Assembly: GCA_030141605.1 (NCBI GenBank)
Contig: JAQGDQ010000156.1
Location: 417,459-481,458 of the forward strand
From: Tubiluchus corallicola
Lineage: Eukaryota; Animalia; Priapulida
DNA: 64,000 nucleotides
Direction: 5' to 3'
Part shown: piece by piece, positions 1 to 12,700 of the stretch
Layout: each line of letters begins with the position of its first letter
Position numbering within the stretch: position 1 is the stretch's first letter
Notes under the pieces: model-generated
Told to the model about the DNA's origin: nothing
What the model saw: only the letters and a program-made list of their open reading frames with translations
Database searches by the model: none
Translations under genes and position numbers: made by a program

Positions 1-720
1 ACAAAGCATTCGTTGCAAAGGATACCATATTCGTAGCAACAATAAACTTTTCATAAGTAAAATAGAAAGCAAAATTTGGCTCAAGTTGACGCGTAAAAGA
101 ACAGTATGTCATATAATTTGTTCGAAATATATTGACTTGGTAAACGTCTGCAACTAGATTGTGCAGGATTTTCAAGTTTTAACGGGATGCAAAAATTTAG
201 GCTTAAAGATGAAGTTATACCTTTGTTCCACAGCAACCGATTTGCTCAATATGACATTTTGAAAAGGTGTTACATTTTCTTGAATGTTCTACATTGCTTG
301 TAGAATCTGTGTTTTTATGCAGCAAAAAGTAAGATTATTTCGTACCCCAAGCAGAGCTTTTTTCATAATGTATTTTCTCTACCAGATCCATATTTCAATC
401 CCTGTTTCCTGTGTAAGTCAGTTATAATAGGACTTGTATGATCTAACACTGTGAAATGTCTTTTTTACTTATATTTCTTATAAGTCCAACTTAATTTTCA
501 TTGCTGTTAAATGATTTTTTCATGTAATTTTTTGTTCCGTTTTTGAAGAAAGCGAAAATTGGCCACATGTTTTTTCGTATTTTAATCCACTCATTCACTT
601 CTCCTTGTTTTCCTGCAGTGTCAACTAACTTCGTGAAATTTGTGTTCAAATCTATTATTGTGATACGAATGGAATTAACTTGCCTGACTTATGACTAAGA
701 CAGTGTGTTTAATGTTTTAG

Positions 721-3700
721 CTCTCCAATGAGGTCACCGGGCGTGGAGAGCGATATAATGATGGTGAACAGCGTGTACAAAGAGCGTTTTCCTAAGGTAA
801 TCTAAAAGGGCTACTAAAATCTCGTCCCAGGAGAAGATACATAATATCTAGCAGTGTGGACGAAACAACACTGTTTTTGTTTTTGCAGTCTAAAATTTTC
901 ATCATTGCTAAAAATGATACAGCTGCTGTGCTTAAAGGAAAGTCCAAGCCTTCTGGAAAGTTAATCTTATTTAAACGTTTGCAAAAAATGATAGAGGATT
1001 TAGAAATAAAATGCAGTTAGCACCTCGTGTAATTCTTTAAAAAATTACTTTAAAATCCTGATCATTTCACGCTCGGGCACTTCCATTTTGAACGGTCATT
1101 CTTCCACCAATGACATCGTTCAACCGAAGAAGAGCAGTTCACTGTTATTTTGCATCAAACGTATAACCAGTTTTTACGAAAAAATTAGGTAGCTAATTTT
1201 CTGACATTTTGGCCATAGAAATTTGAATTAGTTTAAATTGTGCGCATGCTTTAATACGGAAAACCACGATGCGCTTAGGAAAAATCATGAAGTCCACCAG
1301 TCATGCCTCCTACCACCGAGCCTGAAAATTTCTGTACATCGGTAGTATAAACCAACTTTCTGCTGTATATGCAGTTTTTGCCTATTTCTTTCTTATATGT
1401 TTTCTAAGTTTAAGTGATAACAATAAAATAAGCCCAACATTTGACATGCAGTGCAATATTCCTTTTCTTAAACTTTTTTAATGTTACGTACTTCTGCACA
1501 AAAAATTTTACAAAACCCTTGGCACCTGTTTTGTCTTTGATCCAGTCACGATGCAATGTTTCATCGAATATTTTTAGTTCTGTAGCTACATTACTTTACA
1601 AAGAAAAACTGTCCTGCAGTGTGGTTTTTACTTTATGCGCAGAAACCTGAAGTTTTTGCGTTTCTTTTTTCTTTATTGACCAAATTCTCAAATTAGCTGT
1701 TTGCTTTTGTAAGAACGTGGAGAAAAATCGATGTTATTGCGTTGTGCGCATGTTGTCGCGTTAGAGCCTCGGGCTCCCTGCGGTGCACAAAGAGAAAACC
1801 TTTGTAGCAACAGTCACACTAACATACACATTGACTTAGAAAAGGTTTGCTGGGAATCCAATTTTGCCGGTTAATGGACACGTCATTCGCACGGTGCGCC
1901 AAACCTGTTTGCTAGTTGGTAATCTCATTGATCAGATTAGGGGAAGCCAACGAAGCCACATCTTCCTCCACATCTGTCACTTACATGTGATGGAAACACA
2001 ATTTGACGCCTACAACTTCCCCACATTAGTACATTTACTTTAACATCTAGCAAAAAATCGAAACTCTCGATTGAGCATCGCATTTTTCAAGTTTTTTTTA
2101 TTGCCGCAAATTAATTGCAGTTGACGTATGCGACAATGCGGTGCCGTGTAGGCATTTTCAAATTACAGTTTTCGTCAAAGTTTCTTGCAAATTTTTAACT
2201 TAATTTACTACATGAATCACACTACACATGCAACATTAAAACATGCACGTGTGTATGGAATGGCTTTTATGGCTTCAAAGCATTACTCACTAGGTATTTT
2301 ATAGCAAAAATTGCTTATTAAAAACATGAACACATTGATGTCACTTGTGTGAAATGAACACATTGATGTGACTTGTGGAAATGAACACATTGAAGTCACT
2401 TGTGTGAAATAAACACATTGATGTGACTTGTGTGAAATGAACACATCGATGTCACTTGTGGGAAATGAACACATTGATGTGACTTGTGTGAAATGAACAC
2501 ATTGAAGTCACTTGTGTGAAATAAACACATTGATGTCAGTTGTGTGAAATGAACACATCGATGTCACTTATGGGAAATAAACACATTGATGTCACTTGTG
2601 TGAAATGAACACATCGATGTCACTTGTGTGAAATGAACACATCGATGTGACTTGTGTGAAATGAACACATCGATGTCGCTTGTGTGAGATGAACACATCG
2701 ATGTCACTTGTGTAAAATAAACACATCGATGTCGCTTGTGTGAAATAAACACATTGATGTCGCTTGTGTGAAATGAACACATCGATGTCGCTTGTGTGAA
2801 ATGAACACATCGATGTCGCTTGTGTGAAATGAACACATCGATGTCGCTTGTGTGAAATGAACACATCGATGTCGCTTGTGTGAAATGAACACATCGATGT
2901 CGCTTGTGTAAAATGAACACATCGACGTCGCTTGTGTGAAATGAACACATCGATGTCACTTGTGTAAAATGAACACATCGATGTCACTTGTGTGAAAGAC
3001 TACAATAGTTTTACTTGTATATTAGAAGTTTGTTGGCTTTAGTGTCATTCGTTTGGATGACTTCTTGAGATAGTTCAGTTGTATGTTTAGAGTCGTCCCA
3101 TAAAAAACTAGAAATGGTGTAAGAAGTTGTCTGAAGTACGTCTTTGTGAAATTTTTATTGCTTCCCTTTTATACGACAAATGTAAAGAAGCCAAATGTTG
3201 TGTTTTGTTGTTATATTTATGTCCCAATTGCAGATAGTAAAAACTGATACAGCGAGTAATTGTCTGTCTGTTCATCTTAAACATCGTCTTTTTTGGTGTT
3301 CACTTAGGCCACACAGCAGATGGAGGAACGTTTGCAAGCCTTCATTGATAACAACAGGGACATCGAAACGCTGACCGACACGACCGCTCGCTTTGTCCAT
3401 CATCAGGTGGTCGAATTGGCGCGTGACTGTCTGGTCAAGTCGCAGGAGAAACATATTACTAGTCGATATTTTTATGAGCTTGTTGAAAATCTGGAGAGGC
3501 TGCTTTGTGATGTAAGTCTCTTCTATTCCAATCAGTACTTTGTGGAAGCTGTAAGTTAAAGGAAGACATATCACAGCAATTAATGTAGCATTCAAGCATT
3601 TGTTTGATTCCTTGTTTTCCTTTGTATCACTTATTGCTAATCATTCTTGTCTGGTCTTCTTTATGGTTGTTATGGTCTTCTTTAGCTTTGTTTTTCTGTT

Positions 3701-6700
3701 TAGGCAGTCTGTAACGTTTAACAGTTGACATGTTACTTATGCAGCGGTTTGAAATGGTTAATTCTTTTAATACCGTCATACTAGTTTTTTTGTATTAAAA
3801 AGTGATTGCTTTTGAAATAAGTTTTCTTCTGATTCATTATTGTGTAAGCAAATGTTCTTGAAATGCACAACATTAGAGTTTGTTGCTTTTACTTGTAAAA
3901 TATTTTATTTCGTTTTGCACTTTCACAAAAGCTCAATCAATGTCTAAATAAACAGCTTTAAAACTTTATTGTTTTATTTTCTGTTTTCACATGGACCCAA
4001 TCAAGGTCTGAATCAGTGACTTTAAAATTTTGCTGTTTTATTTTCTGTTTCACATGAGCCCAATTAAGGTCTGAATCAGTGGCTTTAAAATTTTCCCGTT
4101 TCATTTCCTGTTTTCACATGGACCCAATTAAACTCTGAATCGGTGGCTTTAAATTCATACTATTTCATTTCTGTTCCCACAGGCTCAATCAAGGTCTGAA
4201 TCAGCGGCCGCTCACATTCATCAGCTCAGTAAGAAACTGCTCATCATTGTCTCACGACCAGCACGACTCTTGGAGTGTTTGGTGAGTCATTTCAACTCTC
4301 TAATTCAGGTCTTCAGAGGGATGGTGATGGTAATGTTTGTGAGGTGTGTTTAATGACTGGCATCATACAAATTTGAATCTGTATGAAGTCTGAATCTAAA
4401 TAAAGTAAAATTCCAAGTTAATAAATCAACATTGACTTCATTCTGGTGTGTCTTCAGTCTCAAAATAAGTTACGTAAACTACAGCTTGACATTTCCAAGC
4501 AACAAGTAAAGTTATGTTGATTTTAAAATCCTTTTTACCATTTTGTTTTCCAGGAGTTTGACCCAGAAGAGTTTTACCACTTGCTAGAAGCGGCTGAAGG
4601 GCAGGCGAAGTTTGAACAGGGCGTGGTAAAGCCCGATATACCCAAGTACATCATTACGAAACTCGGGCTGAATAGAGATCCGCTTGCAGGTGAGTGTGGT
4701 GACCTAACTATACAAATGAAACTGTTGAACTTAGTGGATTATTAACTACCATTGGTGGCTGTTAAGAAGGGTTTCCAACCTCCTTAATTGAAACCGCCAG
4801 CCCATTCAATTGGTTTTGCAAACATGTATTTATATCATTTGTTTCTTTCCTTCTTTGTGTTTGACATGTTCCACTTTTTTATGTGCGTATCTCTAGAAGC
4901 GATTTTGCAATTTTTGTTTAAACAATGACTGTAAACACAGAAGAGAGTTAACACGTCTTCATTACTGCTTGTACACTTTTTTCCAATTTGAAGAAAGATG
5001 ACATGAAATCAGGCTTATCTAGAACTTACATTGATAACAACTCATGTACAGTATGTAGCAAGTAAGAAGGAAAATTAATATTAATATTCTGTTTGAGACG
5101 AACTCTTAAATATGAATAGTATGCCATTGCATTTTTGTTATATTTATTACATTTTTGCTAATAAGCCTTTTCACAGTTCCAGCTATTGATGATGATCGTG
5201 AAAAGGTCAAAGGTTAATTGTACTAGATAACATATTTGTGTACACTTGGCAGAGCCTCATAGTCCAAGCTACTATAATAGTAAACTGATGCTACAGAAGG
5301 CTTTGTTTTACAGACACGTAACATGACAGTTGTAGCTAAGACATGTTGCTGTGGTACTCTTAACCTTTGACCTGCAGCAACTGCGAGTGAGCACCACAAA
5401 ACTGTGAAAAGGTTTATTGGTTTCAGTTCAGTAACAATCATTTTGGACATGCAGTGTTTATGTTAGAATAATGTGAATGTTTTTGCTTCAATTTACAGTT
5501 GCTCAAACAAAAAAAACTTGCTTAATGCTCACAATCTCAATGAAAAATGAATATATCTTTTGTTCTTTCTGGTCCCTAGACTTAAACCTAGTCAGCCTAC
5601 CGTTAATCCACTATTTGTTGTACTTCATCAAACTTAAAACACTTAATTTAATATAAAAAGTATTTTGCTTTTAAATATTTGCACAGATGATTTACGTGTG
5701 AATTGTTTATGTTTCAGACATTGCGGCAGATTTGAAAGATGATGACAGCGGTCGACCGGACACGCCGGACACGGATGAATCTGCCGGAGCCGAGGGAGGA
5801 AAACCGCCCACGCCCACTCTGAAAGAAGATGATTTCGAGTCTGTCAAGTTAATCAGTAATGGCGCATATGGGTGAGTTGGATGTTTAACAGTGTTATGCC
5901 TCTGGGAGTTAGAATGCCTTGCTGTGTGCAAACAAGCGTCTTGTACTTCATTTGCTGACAGATTCATAATTAAGTGCTCATTAGCACTTGGCAACTTGTT
6001 AATGAAGCAGTCCACGCCTTGATTAATAGTAGACTGTGTCTATTCATTATCACATTTCACTTTGCAGTATATTGATTCCCTGTTACACTGACTACTAGCG
6101 TAAACACACAAGCGTAATACGCATAGCAACTTGTACCGTTATGCTTGGATGTAATTTGCATTCAGCTGCTAATTCTTTTCAAGTTATACCAATGAGTCAA
6201 AATGAAGTCAGTGATTAAAATACATGCAATGGTGTGCTATTTATAACAGTTATGTAGAATGTTCAATTTGATTCTTTGACGGAAAGGGCAAGTCACTTAG
6301 CATGTTGTGTTTATTTTGCTATTGTCACTGAAACTTACAAAAGAGCATAAAGTTAAATTACACTATCGCTGTATGAAAAACGCCACGTAGCCGCCATTCA
6401 CTTAAAAATTATGATGTAACTGGTTGACTTTTCGGAAGCACATCTTGACTTTCCGTAAGCATGCAGTGCTTAAACCAATTCAAACTTCTGCTTCTAACCT
6501 AATGTTCATACAAAAACATCATGGAATTAGCTATCTGCAAAAATTTATTATACTTTTAATGAAAACTGACAGTGTGCTTCTTTTCTTCAATCGATTAACA
6601 GTGTCATTGGTAGAAGAGTTGGCGCTAAAAATTGGAGTGCCCAGGCATGAAATGATTTTTCTAATTACATGACATATTATTACACCTTTATTACTAAATA

Positions 6701-9700
6701 TTTCAAACATTTTTCGCAAACACTGAAATATACCTGATTTCCCAGAAAGTTTGATTTTTCCTTTAAGTGTATTGTCAGTCAGTATATTTTATTTTTTAAC
6801 TGTAATTCACTACGAGTTTTTCTCTTTTTCCTTTGACTTTCCTTGAATAGGGGCAGAAATTTCTTAACACTTTACCTAATTCTGAGACCTTTGTCAAGTA
6901 ATTAAATGTGTTCTTTGAAACTACGTTTGACAAGTTTCGGTGTACACAGGTGCTTCAGACCGTTGCTGCTTGTATTGTATTACTAAAATTGTAATTGTGA
7001 GCATTAAGTGGTTAATTGTGTGTTGTTTAATTTGCACCACTTTAGCTGCTTCTCCCCATACAGTTTGGTTATACAATCTCCTGTTATTATTTCTTGTCCT
7101 CGCAGCCTTGTCCTCATAATCTTAATACTAATATAAAGTGTAAACTATTTATTCCTATACATCGTAAATAAATAATAATTTTAGAGCATAAAATAATGAA
7201 TTTTATTAGAGGAGAGTAGGTCTTCTGTCAGTTTTTGCCAGTAAACTGATTTCTAATTAGTGCAGCAAAGTCCAATTACTGGTGCTTGTTGACAGATGCA
7301 TTGGCAATTAATTACGCCGTACCTTGAGGACTTTCTATTAGTAGATAAATTTAAGTGTGACAGCTATACAGTCAGCGGCTCTAGTCCCTTTTAAGGTTAC
7401 ATTTAGCTAAACTTGATAACTTTTTCAAATATAAAAGGAGCAGTTTTTCTCTTTGCGTCTTCCCAACACTTAAAAATTTTGCATATTTTGATGTAAGTTT
7501 TTTATTGCGTTGAAATGTATAGTGTTGTAGTGTCATATGTATGTACACTGACTGTAAATTTTAATTGATCAAAATTAAACTAAATTAAATTTGTTTCTTC
7601 TTGGCTGAACTATCTCATTTTGGTTTAATTGTCTAAAGTATTGACTGTAGTTATTTTCATATTTGACCAAAAATTACTGGTTTTAAAACGTGAATTTTAT
7701 AACAGCAGGTGGCGTATGTTTTGTAAAGCAATTTTGCCACTAATGACACAAGGGAAATACCCTACTTCATCTCTTGTCGCAAAGTATCTAATAGAGTGAA
7801 AGTTTTAACACTTGGAAAATTTTTGTCTTAATTTTGTAATTTAAGGTTCTTAATTGATATAGCATAGTTTTAGCAGATGGAGCTAATGTAGAACTGATGT
7901 AAAGAGTGTTGGTATTTGTAACTCACCATATTTTGTAATTGCAGTGCTGTGTGGCTAGTCAGACAGAAGAAAACAAGGCAGAGATATGCTCTGAAGAAAA
8001 TAAACAAACAAAATCTTGTGCTGAGAAATCAAATTAATCAGGCTTATGTTGAAAGAGACATCATGACGTTCACTGATAATCCGTTTGTTGTGACCATGTT
8101 TGGCACTTACGAAACAAAGGTAAGAGCATTTCTAAATTTAATGCAGTAGACTAGTTTGTTTTGCATCCTGCAGGCTGGAATCCGGTGCTTAGGACAGTAT
8201 ATACTTAATTCAGATAGTTGTGGTGGGACCAGGACGTAGCACATTATCAAAAATGGTCCTATAAGTTGAGATCCTGAATTGCCATAGGTGCTTTTGCCAT
8301 TTTTGGATACGTTTACCGTCTCTCTGAGCAAGAGGTATATACACAAGTAGAGTAGCAGATGAAAGTACCCTAATATAGTTTTTTTGTCATCACCATCCAC
8401 TTACTAATCTGCCCTACGTTGCTTAACTTTGAATCAAACATGCATGACAACCAGTTAGTTATTCTCTTTGCTAAGATGTCAGCTTAATGAGATTGAATAA
8501 TGAGATTGCTTAATGAGCTTAATGATAAAGTGAATAGAAGATGGTAAGCTGTTATTTCTGCATTACTGTTTCTTCCTTTTTAAATCAATTATAAATTCAT
8601 TAAAGTTATAAATTCCTTTCTGAAAAGGTAGAAAATGGATTAATTCTGTTATTAAAAATCTTGTTTTTACATTCTAGAAACACTTATGCATGGTAATGGA
8701 GTTCGTGGAAGGTGGCGATTGTGCGACTTTGCTGAAGAACATGGGCCCGCTGCCCCTCGACATGGCTCGCATGTACTTTGCGGAGACGGTGCTGGCATTG
8801 GAGTATCTTCACAGCTACGGCATTGTTCATAGAGACTTGAAGCCAGATAATCTTCTTATCACTTCCGAAGGCCACATTAAACTAACAGACTTTGGTTTAT
8901 CGAAGATGGGACTGATGAGCTTAACAACTAACATGTATGAGATTTTTCTTGATAAGGACACGAAACAGTTTAACGACAAGCAAGTCTGCGGCACCCCGGA
9001 GTATATTGCACCGGAAGTTATTCTTCGACAAGGGTATGGAAAGCCGGTGGATTGGTGGGCCATGGGGATCATACTTTATGAGTTCCTGGTGGGCTGTGTT
9101 CCGTTCTTTGGTGAGACCCCCGAGGAATTGTTTGCTCATACAATTAATAGTGATATTGAGTGGCCCGAAGACGAATACGCCCCACCGGAAGATGCTCAGG
9201 ACTTGATAAGATGTTTGCTGCAGCAGAATCCCATTGACCGACTGGGCACCGGGGGTGCACAGGAGGTCAGAGAGCATCGGTTCTTTGAAGAACTTGACTG
9301 GGAGAGTCTGCTGAGACGTAAAGCTTCTTTCGTACCACAACTGGATGACGAAGAGGACACAAGTTATTTTGACAGTGAGTAGCTTAATCTGTGTTACCTT
9401 ATAGAAGGTTGCAGTTATTTAATTTGCGATTAAACAGTAGTGCAAATGAATTTACATAAACTTGGATATATACGACAATTTTTTATTACAACTTTTCAAA
9501 TGGATTTGATTGCACCACCTTCTCATATTGATAAATGCCTACAGTTTGTGAAATTCATTATTTTGCTTTCAGTGGCATAAAGCACAATCCTCATTCCACA
9601 CCAAAAAATAATTATCGGCTTTATATGCAAAGCTAGAAGATAGAGGCTAGCAGTGATATTTAACTTTTTTCAGCTCGGGCTGATCGCTATTGCCATGATG

Positions 9701-12700
9701 GTGATTCTGAAAATGACGATGTGGACGACAACGTTGTCTTTGGCAGCTTTTCGTCATGTTCTCCGCGTTATTCACGGGTCTGTTCCCGCACTGATTCAGA
9801 GGGCGGTGGAGATGAGGTAGGTCTATCTTTGTAAAAACGGATTTAGATGGCTTATACAATAGCGAAATTGTTATATGAATAATATCTGTGACTTTGCTGT
9901 TCTAACAAATTTCTACTTGCCCAATTTTTAAACAGGGTTTCCACGGTCAGAGTAAATCCTTGAAAATTCTTGTAAATACAGGCTATCCTAGAAAGTGATG
10001 GAAAAGTCAGGGAAAAAATAATTTGGAAAAAAATCAGGGAAAATGATAAACATGGAGCGAAAAGTCGAGGAAATTGGAAAGGGTTGCAAAAATAATCACC
10101 ATGACCGATATTCTTGCAAACATATTTTCCAGCGATTCGTGTTCAAATAAAATTTTCTTATGGCAGGCTCCCAGTTTCGATTTCTGTTCCAAAAATGATG
10201 ATTGGCCGACACATTATATTACCAGTACATGTATAAATGTCCATACACAAAAATTTTTGAATAAACCTATTGGTAATGCAATTTCTGCTTATCTTCGTTA
10301 TGGAAAATCAATATTTGGTCAGGGAAAGGTTATGGAAACTCTGTGAGAACCCAGTAATTGAATGCCGGTCATGAGTTTTGAGAAGAAAAGTAACCAAGTG
10401 ACGAGCCAAATAACTTCCTTATGTGTTGATGCTTCATAAATAGATTCCATGACCAACAATTACAATTACATGCATGTATTTTTCACCTGTCTTTTCCCCA
10501 TTTAACTGAAGTAGCTACATGTTGTACCTTGTGAAGTATTTGAGAACATTGTTTTTATAGACCTCTAAAGACTCCAGTTTGAACGATTCGAATGAATCGG
10601 GAACCGGGAAGCCAGTGTTGAAAAAAGTGAGCTCAAACACGTCCGAAGTCTCTGCTATATCCACTGATTCTGAGTCACGGAAAGGCAGCCAGTCTGAAGT
10701 ATCTGAAGATGGCAGCACTAGTAGCGTGCCCAGTGTGCCGGTAGTTCGCACTACCGTGAAAGAAGTTTCTGAATCATCAGACAGGTGGGTGTTAGAAAAT
10801 GCTGTTACTGTGGTCTTTTGTACCAATTCTCTTCCACAATGGTTTTGTATTACATTGCATTGGTAAAAATACACTGAACTGCAGGTTTAGAGTTCAAGTC
10901 TATTTATTTTAAGATGAATCGCTTTTCTGTTTCGACTGTTCCAACCATAACACTTAACCATAATCTTTTCCAATTGGCCAAACTTTGAAACATTTTAAAG
11001 CCTGCTTCACCAGAGACAGAGTGCATGAAAGATAAGAGTGTTTACAGAGTGACTGTCCAAAAGTTACTGCCTCTCTGTGTTAGCTTTTTCGTTACGTTTT
11101 TTAAGAGCAAAACGATTCACTGAATCAGGAAGCTTTTTTTAACTAGGTGACATTCATGAGGTACCTCTTAGTACAAGCAATTACTAAGTCAATGTCCTAG
11201 TGACGATATTTTGTACAAAACAAGAAGCAGGAAATACTTCAAAACAACAGAAATCAATAATCCTATGACAATGTCATTTGATATTTATTTATTTAATATA
11301 ATTGGGGCTGATTTGTGTTTGATTAGCTTGTTGTACTATTTATACTCGTAGACTAGATTTTGTATGCACTGACTCAGTTTAAAGCAGTGTAAATTAAGTG
11401 TGGTTAAACTTCATCATTTCCACAAAAGTAACGTGTTAAGATATGATACCCTGTTTGATTTATAGTTGGTTGTACAATATTACTTGGGGAGAATATCAAT
11501 GTTTAATTATTATTCATGGTTCCCACGGTCAGGGAAAATCGTAAAAAATCCTTGAAAATATCCTGGAAAGTCATGGAAAAGTTAGGCAAAAAGATAATTT
11601 GGTAAGAAGCCAGGGAAAATGGTGAAAATGGGACGAAAAGTCAGGGAAATTGGAAAGGATTGCTATAAACCTGATATTTTTTTCAAACATATTTTTCAGT
11701 GATTCATGTTCAAATAAAATTTTGCTATCGCAGGCTCCCAGTTTCAATTTCTGCTCCAAAAGTAATTATTGGGTTAAAAAAGTTTATTCAATGTGATTAT
11801 TGTGATTTCATTAGCTTCTCTGCAACTGTGCTGAAGCATTATACAGTGTTCCCTCGCTACTTTGCGGTTCGTTTTTCGCGGACTCACTGTTTCGCAGGTT
11901 TTCTAAGAATATTATAAATCATAAAAAATTACCATTTACAGTAAACAGCGTATTTATTCGGCGGATGAATACACACCAAAAATGAAATGTAGTACTTACG
12001 CCCGCTTGAGATGCTACTTGCCGACGTGAAATTATACACAACACACAATTGGTTGATTGATATCCCAGTCGCTGATTGGCTCAGGCACCGTGGAATTTGT
12101 TTACTTGTTCTCTATTTGTGAAATTTTCGTTAGAGACTGAATTTATTCAAGCCCTACGATGCCACCCAAACGTGTAAGTATTAAATAAGTATAGCGTCTC
12201 TACTTTGCGGAAATTCACTTATCGCGGGTGGGCCTGGAACGGAACACCCGCGATAAGTGAGGGAACACTGTTTATTTTGGTCAGGGAAAAGGGTCATGGA
12301 AATTTATTTCAAAATTCTGTGGGAACCCGTAGTATTCTATTTGCCAAACAGAATGTTCCAAATGTGTTGGCTTTCAGTGGAAATTATCAATGTTACTTAT
12401 TCACCTTTTAGTGAAGTCAACAAAATAGTGTCTCACTCCACTCCCCAATCCGCAGTGGCCGACGAGCGACGGGAATCCAGCTCTTCACCGCAGCAGGTGA
12501 CGCTCCGAGAGTCCCAGCAACAACAGCAACAGCAACAACAGCAGCAACAACAACAACAAGCCAATGGGAAAGATGCATTACCCAAGTTTTCCATCTCTGT
12601 GGAAGATGGCGGACGTGTGGAGCAGACCCTGCCACCAAAGGTAATTGCATCTTAATTTACTATTCAACTTACATAGTGGTTCTCTTACTTCAGCTCGGCT

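Noticed and set aside
2283-2987. Cys/His-rich repetitive ORFs resembling zinc fingers
   Set aside because: They are translations of the minisatellite in several frames, antisense to MAST, without C2H2 spacing.
2325-2996. CRISPR-like array (28-bp, partly palindromic repeats)
   Set aside because: Units are contiguous with no unique spacers, there are no cas genes, and it lies in a eukaryotic intron.
8827-9340. Overlapping antisense and alternative-frame ORFs in the kinase exon (also 3272-3595, 10515-10874, 16108-16536, 27891-28349)
   Set aside because: Shadows of real coding exons with no recognisable motifs.
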